IMG/VR virus record: IMGVR_UViG_3300022752_000020
Coordinates: 64,001-128,000 of that record
Direction: 5' to 3' (one strand)
Length of the DNA: 64,000 nucleotides
Source of the DNA: a virus
The translations under genes and the position numbers were made by a program. This document shows positions 1 through 9,397 of the stretch, piece by piece. The notes beneath the pieces were generated by a model. The model was not told the origin of the DNA and did not search any database. It saw nothing but the letters and a program-made list of their open reading frames with translations. Every line of letters begins with the position of its first letter. Position 1 is the first letter of the stretch.

Positions 1-3000
1 ACATCATGTCATAACGTACTGCATCAATAACTAGACCAACGTCACGCTCACATTTGTCAATGTCATATGTAAACATTTCATAGACTGTGCCTTCACCTGC
101 TACAGCATTTAGAGGTGTTGTGTTACGAATAAACACATCATCTTGAGCACCTACAGGAGTTGTAGCATATGTAGTCCAACTGGTTGTACCAATAGTCTTG
201 ATCTTGTATCTCTTACCTGCTACTGTTTGGCTAGCTTTTAGTACTTTTACTACACGACCAGTAGTACCAGTAATAAGAGCATTGTTATATACAAATTCTG
301 TTCCAGCTGTTTGAGCCCCAGCACTACCAATAGCAGACCAATTTGTGTTACCAACTGTATGAATTACATAACTTTGTCCATTAACTAGGTTATTTGTACC
401 TGAAACACCAGGTTTTACAGTTGTAGCACCAAACCAATCTGTCCATGTACCATCTCTTGTTACTGTAACTTGAGCTAATGGTCCTGTACCTTCTTGGTTA
501 CTTGCTGGAGCACTTGTATTGTTTACTCTAGCCATCTTGAGCTGTTGTCTAATGTACTCTGTTACTTGACTCTGTAGACTACTTCTACCTGGATAGCTTG
601 TACCGCTGACCACTTGAGCAGCATCACTGGTCTTGTAAAGTACTAATAGGTCATTAGGGAACTTGAGATCATTTGGTACCCAACCATAGCTTGGCTCAAC
701 AAACGCTGGAGCAGCTACAGCAAAGCTACCATCTTGATTACACAAGTTTCTAATTACCCATGCTAGACTTTGAGCTGTTTGAGCAGCAGCACTGCTACCT
801 GCATCACCTGGGCTCTGTTTAGCAATAATTCTTAAATCAGCTACATCATCACCTTGTGCTACTAGTTTAACTAGATTAGATAGACGAGTAAATGCAGCAA
901 TGCTGGCTGTTAGATCATCACCACTAATTGACTCAGTTTGAGATCCTACAAGTTCTCCACTTGCAACGCCGCCAATATAATATGCACCACCAGCAATAAT
1001 ACTTTCCATATTACCGCCATAGGTCATATCATAATATAGTGCATCTAGTATAAGATCCATATCTCTCAAGCATTTTGACTCTACGAAATCTAATGTAGCA
1101 AATGCTGCATCACTTAAGATGTATTTGAGTATTTCAGCTTTTAAGAACTCTCTATTACTTTCAATTAGGTTACGTGCATAACCATAGCTGGCCAAATAGG
1201 TTGTATTATAACCTGTTGGACTTGGGCATGAATATGCTGGGATAACTACTTCACCTTTTGTTACAATATTAATTAATAGATCCATTCTGTCTGCTACACG
1301 CTCTGAAGCTACAGCAACATTCTTTGTTAGATCAACTAATTTTTCTTTTAATAATTTAAATGCTTCAATAGTAGGTACTTTTTGATCACCAACTACCTTG
1401 CTAGCCTGTGCTCTATAGTAAGCACGAGCAGCAGTGATAGTTCTGAAGTTACTATTAAACATCATATCATAACGTACTGCATCAATAATGCTTTCAATAT
1501 CTTCTTGGCAATCAGTTACACTATATTGTAACTCTGGGAAACGATCACTAATATATGTTGTGATAGCTGCCTTAATAGTTGCTGCATTTGAATTCATTAG
1601 TGTACTGCTGGCCACTAGATCAGGATCAACCCAATCTGTTGTAGCTAGTGTTTCGTCAGCTTTAATGCGAGTAAATGTTAGTCCAGTTGTAGATCCTGCT
1701 GTTGTTCCAATCGCTGCATTTGCCAATGTTTGTAGAGTAAATGTAGTTGTACCATTTGTTGCACTGATTTTGTAAGTGCCATTAGTCACTACACCATTTC
1801 CACTATTTGTACCACTAATTGTTACTTGATGTCCAACAACTAAAGTAGTTGCGGCACATTGGAATTGGCCTGCTGTGCCTGTAATAGCGACATTTGTAAG
1901 TGTGGTATTATTAAGGAAACTATTTACATCTAAAATACGATCTCGAGCAAAATCACCAGCACCACTGCTACCAGCACTACCGTTCTTATTTTGTTCCTCT
2001 GTATAAAGAGCAACTTTTTCTAGTACCCAATCTCTTAATTCTTCATACACAGCAATACTTGCATCTTTTTGGTTAGCTAGTACATTTTTTGCACCAGTTA
2101 CACCACGATAGTAAGCATTAGCAGCAAGTTGTGTACGGTAATTTGTACCAAACATTACATCAAATCTTACTGCATCAATAACTGCATCAATGTCCTGCTC
2201 ACATTCAACTTGTAGAGTTTGACCAGTACTGGCTTGAGTTGTTGTATATCCTAGTCCTGGGAACTTATCAGCCATCAATGCTGTTACAGCAGCCTTAACA
2301 TCTACTCTAAACTGTGCTGCATTAATTGCTGTGTTAAGAGTTTGTAGTGTAGTATCAACCCATGTAATTACTGGAGCATCTTTAGCTGTTGCTGTTGCAC
2401 CATCTGTAATAATATCTACAAGTAGTGTCTTAACTAATTCTCTAGCTTTATCGCTGGCTGTGCCTGTAGCATCACCTACACCAACACGCTGTACTTCACG
2501 ACTCTGCTGTTGATTTCTGGTAAATGTTAGACCAGTAGTTGTACCACTTGCACCTGGAGCTGTTACAATAGCTGTACCATCAACATTGGCTAGTCTAATC
2601 TCAGTGCTACTTGTTACTGCAACAACCTTATAAGTCTTAATAACCTGTGTAGCAGGATCTGCACCACCGACTACTAGACCTGTAATTGTTGCGGTACCTG
2701 TATAAGTAGCTGTCTTAGTTGCTGTAATTAAATCACCAACAATCAATGGATTGCTTGGAGCAGTTAGAGTAAATGTACCATCTGTTGTAGCAGTTTTTAC
2801 TGTCATACCTGCTAGAGATTGGCTAATTACTCTTGAACCACTTGTCACAAACTTCAATAAGTTACCTAAGAATCTAAATGCTTGTTGAGTAGCATTTAAT
2901 TCACCAGCACCCAATGTACCTTGAGGACCGCTACCATTAGCATAGTAACTATCAGCAGCGATAAATGTTGCTGTATTACCACCATAGGTTAAGTCATACA

Positions 3001-6000
3001 TGATAGCATCTAGAACTAGATCTACATCTCTTTCACACTTAACTTTATTATAATTTGCTGGAGGACTATTAGCATCAATAAATGCTGTTGTCTCTGCAAT
3101 TAAGAACTGCTTATTGCTAGCAATCATCTTTACTGCATTGAAATAGTCTGTATTACCAGCATGAGCACCTGTGGCTGTTGGTTTTGGCATTACGAATGGT
3201 TTTCTTGGAGTAAATCCTGGACCATCTAAAATGATTTTATTCAACAAGTCAAAACTAGCATTTATTCTATCTTTGGCTTGGAATTGACCACTTGGCTTAA
3301 CATCTTTTAGCTGTACAACTTGATCAACAACTTCTTTTAGTCTTTCATAAGCAGCCACTGTTTGAATAATCTGCTTTGGAATTGTTGATTTTGGTGTTAC
3401 TGCACCATCAAAATATGCGATAGCTGCCTGTGTTGTATCAACATTACCACCGTATAACAAGTCATAGCACATGGCATCAATTAAGAAACCAACGTCACGA
3501 GCACACTTGTCTTTGTTATAGGCAAAATTCATATCAACAAAGTCACTTACAGCATTCTTTAACTTGTTAATTGTAGCTGTTGTTGCTAACAATGTATTAA
3601 ACTTAAGAATATTAGCATCTACCCATGATGTTACTGGTGTTGATGGACTAAATGTGTAGGTTGTTGGATCATTAATATAATTTTTAATAATTGTTACAAG
3701 AGTTTTTGCCTTATCACCACTGGTTCCATTTCCAGCATTGGCTGTTACAGGTTGATTTTGTGTGTAAGCATTGCCATCAGCATCATTATTTGTTGTTAGA
3801 GCCGTACCTTCAGCAACATCTTCAACTAGATCTGCTAGGAAGTTATAAGCAGCCACAGTAGCGGCTGTTTCACCTGCACCTAATGCTAGATTTACACCAC
3901 TTGTACCACCATAATATGCCTTAGCAGCAATAATAGTTTCTAAATTACCACCATATGTTTGGTCATAATAAATTGCATCTAAGATATATTCAACATCTCT
4001 GCGACATGCTGTTTCATCATAGTCTAAACTTGGATAATTTAATGTAATATATGCAACTACTCTATCCTCAATCCAAGCACGATTTGCCTCAATTAAGTTA
4101 CGTGCTTTTAGTCTTTCTGCATTGCTGGCATTATCAGATCCGCTTGTTGGATCTGTTATAATAAATGCTGGCTCAACTGCTAGACCATTCTCAAGTATCT
4201 TAAGAATAGTATCCATGCTACGGCTTACACGCTGAATACTAGCACTTTCTGCTGTAGTTGGATTGTCTGGATCTACTGCTTTAACAATTTCTAATAGTTT
4301 TCCTTTTAAGTATTGGAAACTGGCCAATGTAGCTGTCTTTTGATCTTTAACTACTGTACTAGCCATAGCACGATAATAGCTACGACCAGCTACAATACTA
4401 CGGAAGTTACTGTTAAACATCATGTCATAGCGTACAGCTTCAACTACATAGCCTACATCACGACGACATTTTTCTCTATCATAGCCAAATAGAACATAGT
4501 TATCGTCTACAAAATCTGCAACTTTATTTTTAACATCTTCTTTATTAGCTTGTAATATATCAAAAGATTTCTTAAGAGCTGTATCAATCCAATCTAAACT
4601 AGGTACACTTGGCACTGTGGCTAAATCGGCTACTGGTGGACTCTCAGCCACGCTGTCATCAATCAATTTGATGATTAAATCTACGCATGTACCAATTTCT
4701 TTGGCTGCTGTAGCACTACCATCACTGCCGTTTGGACTACGAACCTGTGTAGTAATATTACCAACTGTTGGTGTCCATACAAGGTCTTGAGCTACACTTT
4801 GTACAACTAACTTCAAGTATTGATATGCACGTAGAGTAGCACTAACTTCATCCATTTGAGTACCGCTTGGATCTAGTTGGCTTAGTGTGCCTACTGCATA
4901 GCTTAAACCTGCTACCTTACTTTCTAGTGTACCACCATAAGTTGTATCATAAAATAGTGCATCAAGAATCAAGTTTAGATCACGACGGCACTTGTCTACA
5001 TCAAATCCAGCTGGGTTAGCATAAGTTGAACTGGTTGCACCTGGAGTAATCTTTTCAAATCTCATTGTAGTTGTGAAACCAGATGAGCTTGTTGTAACAA
5101 CTGGGCTACCGTCTAGGTTAACAATCTTGAATCCTGGTGTATATTCAGTGGCTGTACCTGGATTAGCTCTAGCTTCAACTGTAGCTACCTTGTACACGCT
5201 TGGGCTGTTATAACCACTAATACTTGCACCAGAGAACATCTTACCACTAATTCTAATCAAATCACCAACTGCTAGAGTTGTGAATTCTGATTGTCCAGTT
5301 ACTGGGTTAACACTAAATGAGCCATCTGTTGAAAAAGCACCAATAACACCTTTGAACTTTACAACTCCTTTGACTAGTTCTAATCCTGGTGTGTTAATAT
5401 ATGTTAGAACATCATCAATAATAAACTCTCTATTCTTCTCAACTAGGTCACGAGCACGTTTGTACTCAATGGCACGACCTTTCTCTGGGAATGGCATACG
5501 ATATTTTGGAACTGTTTCTAAACCTTTATCCACAATATCAATAATAATATCCATATTGCTTTCTATACTGTTAACTGCTAATGAGTTAGTCTTAACTAAT
5601 TCTTTAGCTAATTTCCTCAAGTGTCTGAAAGCACCCACTGTGGCTAGTTTTTGATCGCCTTTAACCTTAGCAGCATTAGCTCTATAATAAGCACGACCAG
5701 CACTAATACTACGGAAGTTGCTGGTAAATGCTAGGTCATATGATAATGCATCTACAATTAGTTCAACATCTCTAGCACACTTATCTCTATCAAACTCATT
5801 TAGAGTAAAGTTAGCATCAATGAATCCTACAATTTCATCTTTGATGAATTCAACATTATTACGTAGGATATTAACTGCTGTTTTACGATCTAGGTCTTCC
5901 TCGTTATTTCTTGTTGGGATTGGGAATGTTAATGCTGTACCATAACCATTGATTGGATCATAGCCATAAGCAACACCATTCACTGTAACCTTAGCATTTG

Positions 6001-8420
6001 TGATAATATCACCATCTTCATTAACTCTTGCACCGTCTAAAATATCAATAACAATATCAAATCTTGTACTGATTTCTTCTTTAGCACTTGGAGCAACGAT
6101 TCTCTTTAGTGTAATATTTTTGGCAGCTTTCAAGCTGGCTACAGTTTGTACTTTTTGAGCACCAACTACTTCGCTAGCATAAGCACGTAGGTAACTGATA
6201 GCAGCATTAATAGTCTTATAATTACTGCCAAAAACCATGTCACTTAAAATAGCGTCTAAAATTAAACCAACGTCTCTATAGCACTTTGGCTTATTAAAGC
6301 TAAAGTTATCAAAGAAGCTGTTAGCCATAAACTTGATTGTTTCTGTTTTAATATCTTCCTTGGCTGCTAGAACTGCATCACGAATAGCCTTATATGTTGT
6401 AGGCTGATATGTAACAGTTGGATAACCTGTTGTAGTTGTACCTAATGTTAGATCTGTTGCTGTGTTAACACGAGCAAACTTAGTATCACCATCACTAATT
6501 GTATACCAGTTAATGTTAATATATGCTAACATTTCAGCACGGATGAAATCTCTGTTAGCCATCAATAGATCAAAGGCACGTATTTTGTTTGTATCTGTGC
6601 TGGCAACAAGATTAATAGGCTGCTTTAGTCTTTGAACACTATCTTCACTGTTGTTTGGACCTTCTTGTAAGATCTCGTTAATAATGTCAATTAAATTACC
6701 AATAGCTACAACTTCTGTACTAGTAGCTGGAGGTAAATCTGTACGTTGTGGTACAGCCTCTTGCCATGGATTTGGAGTTGGGCTGCAAGTAATTACATCA
6801 CGTACAAGTTCCTTCATGTACTTGTAAGCATTTACTGTCTGCTTGATCTGATTTGGTAATACACTCTTTAATACATTTGTGTCTTCATTAAAGTCAAAGT
6901 AATAAATGCCTGCTGTAACAGCTTGACGATTACCACCGTGTACAAGGTCAAAACAGATACTGTCAATAATGTAACCTACATCACGGCTACACTTAACTCT
7001 ATCATAATCAAATCCTGGGAATGCTCTACCTAAATAACTGATAACGTCATCTCTAATTGCTTGTTTATTTGTTTGTAGTGCTGTAAATGCAGCTTCAAGA
7101 TCAGCATCATTTAGACGCTTACCATTTGGCTGAATAAAATCACTTGTTCCTACGATTTCATTATCTAGTCCTTTTAAGAACAAACTAAACAAGGCACCAA
7201 GTCTATTAACCTGTGTTTGAGTAGTTGCTACTAGACCATTAGCTTCTTTAAACTGAGTTATTCCAGCTTGAGCACTTTCAATGGTATCTAAAATTACCAC
7301 ACGCTGTGAAAATAATTGAGCACGACCATAGGCATCAACAGTTGCTGGGACTTCTTCAGCTGCCTTAAGTTGGCTTAGACCATTTGCATAATTGTAATAA
7401 CGCTTGGCAGCATCTACTGTTTGGCTATTACCACCATAGATCAAGTCATAGCAAATTGCATCAATTGTATAACCAATATCTCTACCGCATGTAGCCTGCT
7501 TGTCTGCATCAAAGCCATAAATTACAATCTGTGGCCAGTTTTTCTTAATATAGTCAATAACTTCAGCTACAACAAATTTCTTATTAGCCTGTAAGTTCTT
7601 TACTAGATTAACTACACTTGCTTCTGTATCCTGTAAAGCTGGATATGCTAGCTTGTAATTATTTGTATCTCTATAATCTAAATAAGTTGTTAAAGTTGCT
7701 AGACCACCTGATGACATTGCTGTAGTAAGAATATCAAAATTGCTCTGTACTCTTGATAATAACACTGCATCTTCTTGCACAATAGGAGCAATTTGATCTC
7801 TTACAAACTTATAAGCTTCAATAGTTGGTACTCTTTGTTCTTCACTAATAGTATATGTTCCAGCAACGGCTGTCAAATATGTAATAGCAGCCTTGATAGT
7901 TCTATAGTTTGTACCAAATATAATATCATCTGCCACTGCTTCAATAACTAGTCCAACATCACGCTTGCACTTTGAACTTACAAAGGCTAAAGTTGGATAA
8001 TTCTTTTTCAAGAAAGCAATAGCAGCATCTTCAATTTGAGCTTTTCTATCTAATATAGTTTGTCTTAATACCTTATATTCTGGTTCTGCTGCATCTAGAT
8101 CAGGACCAACAATTAATGTTGGACTTAATGGACCTTCTGCTACAATTTTACTGATGATGGCAAATTCATCTTTTACAATACGCTTGGCTGTGGCTGTAGC
8201 ACTAGCAGTAGTCAATACACTGGCGGCAGTAACTTGAGCACGTTGAATAGCTGCTGCTGTTTGAACTTGTTGTTCAATACCAGTTGTAATATTATCTTTG
8301 GCCCAATAACGTAGGCCAGCAAATGTACTTTGTGTAGTACCTTCATATAATAGGTCAAATGCTAGACCATCTACTACAAGACCGTTATCTCTATCACATG
8401 TTGTTTGGTTGTAATTGGCA
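1..8420 (-). repeat. 15 degenerate protein-level repeats with core [K/T/A]C-x-RD-[VI]-x-x-[IV]-[IVL]-DA-x-x-YD-x-x-[YF]G[GT]N
   Basis: Cys codons start at 8398, 7969, 7489, 6991, 6283, 5779, 4990, 4468, 4006, 3505, 3037, 2203, 1510, 1072 and 52, all in one frame. Basic spacing 143-174 codons; longer where modules are inserted. Confidence 0.9.
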
Positions 8421-9337
8421 AAAAGTACACCATCACCAATGTTAGGACGTCTTGCTAAATTCTTAAATGTGATCTGACGACCAGCTGACTTCTTAACAAT
8501 ACCACGATATAATGGATCACTGGCACCACGACTAACTAGACCGTAGTTACCAAATGAGCTGTTGGACAAGTTAACTGAACAGAATCCACCGTTCTCACAC
8601 ATAAATGATATGTCACAGCAAATTGTAAAGATGGACACTAACTGTGTATTACCTCTGTTCAACATGTGAATACCAATACCACCTTGGTTATACTGTGTAA
8701 ACGCATCACAAACCATTGAACGTAAGCCTGTGGTCAATGCACCGTCAACACGCATACCTGTACCAGTAGTTGTAATACTTGTAACAGCCTGTGTGTATGG
8801 TGATGTTACGATTTCACCAGCACTACCGTCTGGTGGGAAACATACCGCAGCACTTGGTGCAATATGTCCTTTAAAGTTCATACAGAAGATGTAAGCGCCA
8901 TTGTATACCCAGAAGATATCCTTGGTTGGATTCTTTGGACGAACTGTGGTGTTACGCAAGTTGTCACCAACAACTGACACACGAGCTGGAACACGTAGTG
9001 GGTTATCTTCAATATACTCCCCACTCTTTAAGAATATAGTTGTGCCAGGAGTCGCTATGCTCAGTGCCTTCTTTAGTGTCAAAAAAGCTTGACCTAATGT
9101 CTTTCCGCTGTTACTATCATCACCGTTCTTGGCCACATAAAGTACATTAGGTACTTCCATTGCTCCAATTTCAATAATTTTCTGAATAGCAGCGAAACCT
9201 TCTGGTTGCTTGATTTCTTGTTTTGTAAACAGTTTACCATCGGCTGTGTTAAGTGCTAATTCGCCTAGGTCAATGCTATCTAGTGATGGTACTTTGCCAG
9301 GTATATCACTACGCTTAAATCTAATATTTGTGCTCAT
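1..9337 (-). CDS. Giant distal tail-fibre-like virion protein (>3,112 aa, 3' end outside window): gp37-like N-terminus, beta-helix-like domain, then 15 phycobiliprotein-like helical repeats
   Basis: Not in the ORF track. ATG at 9335-9337 with AAGGA Shine-Dalgarno and TAAATA late promoter upstream. Manual translation begins MSTNIRFKRSDIPGKVPSLDSIDLGELALNTADGKLF (resembles the T4 gp37 N-terminal IQFKRS...GELAIN motif), then VLYVAKNGDDSNSG...TIFLKSGEYIEDNPLRVPARVSVVGDNLR (pectin-lyase/DUF1565-like opening). All segments translated, from 9337 down to position 52, lie in the same frame. Confidence 0.9.
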   Translation of the reverse strand, partial: MSTNIRFKRSDIPGKVPSLDSIDLGELALNTADGKLFTKQEIKQPEGFAAIQKIIEIGAMEVPNVLYVAKNGDDSNSGKTLGQAFLTLKKALSIATPGTTIFLKSGEYIEDNPLRVPARVSVVGDNLRNTTVRPKNPTKDIFWVYNGAYIFCMNFKGHIAPSAAVCFPPDGSAGEIVTSPYTQAVTSITTTGTGMRVDGALTTGLRSMVCDAFTQYNQGGIGIHMLNRGNTQLVSIFTICCDISFMCENGGFCSVNLSNSSFGNYGLVSRGASDPLYRGIVKKSAGRQITFKNLARRPNIGDGVLFANYNQTTCDRDNGLVVDGLAFDLLYEGTTQSTFAGLRYWAKDNITTGIEQQVQTAAAIQRAQVTAASVLTTASATATAKRIVKDEFAIISKIVAEGPLSPTLIVGPDLDAAEPEYKVLRQTILDRKAQIEDAAIAFLKKNYPTLAFVSSKCKRDVGLVIEAVADDIIFGTNYRTIKAAITYLTAVAGTYTISEEQRVPTIEAYKFVRDQIAPIVQEDAVLLSRVQSNFDILTTAMSSGGLATLTTYLDYRDTNNYKLAYPALQDTEASVVNLVKNLQANKKFVVAEVIDYIKKNWPQIVIYGFDADKQATCGRDIGYTIDAICYDLIYGGNSQTVDAAKRYYNYANGLSQLKAAEEVPATVDAYGRAQLFSQRVVILDTIESAQAGITQFKEANGLVATTQTQVNRLGALFSLFLKGLDNEIVGTSDFIQPNGKRLNDADLEAAFTALQTNKQAIRDDVISYLGRAFPGFDYDRVKCSRDVGYIIDSICFDLVHGGNRQAVTAGIYYFDFNEDTNVLKSVLPNQIKQTVNAYKYMKELVRDVITCSPTPNPWQEAVPQRTDLPPATSTEVVAIGNLIDIINEILQEGPNNSEDSVQRLKQPINLVASTDTNKIRAFDLLMANRDFIRAEMLAYININWYTISDGDTKFARVNTATDLTLGTTTTGYPTVTYQPTTYKAIRDAVLAAKEDIKTETIKFMANSFFDNFSFNKPKCYRDVGLILDAILSDMVFGSNYKTINAAISYLRAYASEVVGAQKVQTVASLKAAKNITLKRIVAPSAKEEISTRFDIVIDILDGARVNEDGDIITNAKVTVNGVAYGYDPINGYGTALTFPIPTRNNEEDLDRKTAVNILRNNVEFIKDEIVGFIDANFTLNEFDRDKCARDVELIVDALSYDLAFTSNFRSISAGRAYYRANAAKVKGDQKLATVGAFRHLRKLAKELVKTNSLAVNSIESNMDIIIDIVDKGLETVPKYRMPFPEKGRAIEYKRARDLVEKNREFIIDDVLTYINTPGLELVKGVVKFKGVIGAFSTDGSFSVNPVTGQSEFTTLAVGDLIRISGKMFSGASISGYNSPSVYKVATVEARANPGTATEYTPGFKIVNLDGSPVVTTSSSGFTTTMRFEKITPGATSSTYANPAGFDVDKCRRDLNLILDALFYDTTYGGTLESKVAGLSYAVGTLSQLDPSGTQMDEVSATLRAYQYLKLVVQSVAQDLVWTPTVGNITTQVRSPNGSDGSATAAKEIGTCVDLIIKLIDDSVAESPPVADLATVPSVPSLDWIDTALKKSFDILQANKEDVKNKVADFVDDNYVLFGYDREKCRRDVGYVVEAVRYDMMFNSNFRSIVAGRSYYRAMASTVVKDQKTATLASFQYLKGKLLEIVKAVDPDNPTTAESASIQRVSRSMDTILKILENGLAVEPAFIITDPTSGSDNASNAERLKARNLIEANRAWIEDRVVAYITLNYPSLDYDETACRRDVEYILDAIYYDQTYGGNLETIIAAKAYYGGTSGVNLALGAGETAATVAAYNFLADLVEDVAEGTALTTNNDADGNAYTQNQPVTANAGNGTSGDKAKTLVTIIKNYINDPTTYTFSPSTPVTSWVDANILKFNTLLATTATINKLKNAVSDFVDMNFAYNKDKCARDVGFLIDAMCYDLLYGGNVDTTQAAIAYFDGAVTPKSTIPKQIIQTVAAYERLKEVVDQVVQLKDVKPSGQFQAKDRINASFDLLNKIILDGPGFTPRKPFVMPKPTATGAHAGNTDYFNAVKMIASNKQFLIAETTAFIDANSPPANYNKVKCERDVDLVLDAIMYDLTYGGNTATFIAADSYYANGSGPQGTLGAGELNATQQAFRFLGNLLKFVTSGSRVISQSLAGMTVKTATTDGTFTLTAPSNPLIVGDLITATKTATYTGTATITGLVVGGADPATQVIKTYKVVAVTSSTEIRLANVDGTAIVTAPGASGTTTGLTFTRNQQQSREVQRVGVGDATGTASDKARELVKTLLVDIITDGATATAKDAPVITWVDTTLQTLNTAINAAQFRVDVKAAVTALMADKFPGLGYTTTQASTGQTLQVECEQDIDAVIDAVRFDVMFGTNYRTQLAANAYYRGVTGAKNVLANQKDASIAVYEELRDWVLEKVALYTEEQNKNGSAGSSGAGDFARDRILDVNSFLNNTTLTNVAITGTAGQFQCAATTLVVGHQVTISGTNSGNGVVTNGTYKISATNGTTTFTLQTLANAAIGTTAGSTTGLTFTRIKADETLATTDWVDPDLVASSTLMNSNAATIKAAITTYISDRFPELQYSVTDCQEDIESIIDAVRYDMMFNSNFRTITAARAYYRAQASKVVGDQKVPTIEAFKLLKEKLVDLTKNVAVASERVADRMDLLINIVTKGEVVIPAYSCPSPTGYNTTYLASYGYARNLIESNREFLKAEILKYILSDAAFATLDFVESKCLRDMDLILDALYYDMTYGGNMESIIAGGAYYIGGVASGELVGSQTESISGDDLTASIAAFTRLSNLVKLVAQGDDVADLRIIAKQSPGDAGSSAAAQTAQSLAWVIRNLCNQDGSFAVAAPAFVEPSYGWVPNDLKFPNDLLVLYKTSDAAQVVSGTSYPGRSSLQSQVTEYIRQQLKMARVNNTSAPASNQEGTGPLAQVTVTRDGTWTDWFGATTVKPGVSGTNNLVNGQSYVIHTVGNTNWSAIGSAGAQTAGTEFVYNNALITGTTGRVVKVLKASQTVAGKRYKIKTIGTTSWTTYATTPVGAQDDVFIRNTTPLNAVAGEGTVYEMFTYDIDKCERDVGLVIDAVRYDMM

Positions 9338-9370
9338 TTATTTTCCTTTAACATGAAAATTCATACTTTA

Positions 9371-9376
9371 TATTTA
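9371..9376 (-). promoter_or_regulatory. T4-type late promoter (TAAATA)
   Basis: TTTTTGGTAAATA upstream of the giant fibre gene; the same 13-mer occurs at 17231-17243. Confidence 0.65.
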
Positions 9377-9397
9377 CCAAAAATGCAGGAAATACTG

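Noticed and set aside
1488-9092. Short plus-strand ORFs in the track (1488, 2331, 5280, 5718, 8901)
   Set aside because: Antisense shadows of the giant minus-strand gene that the track missed.
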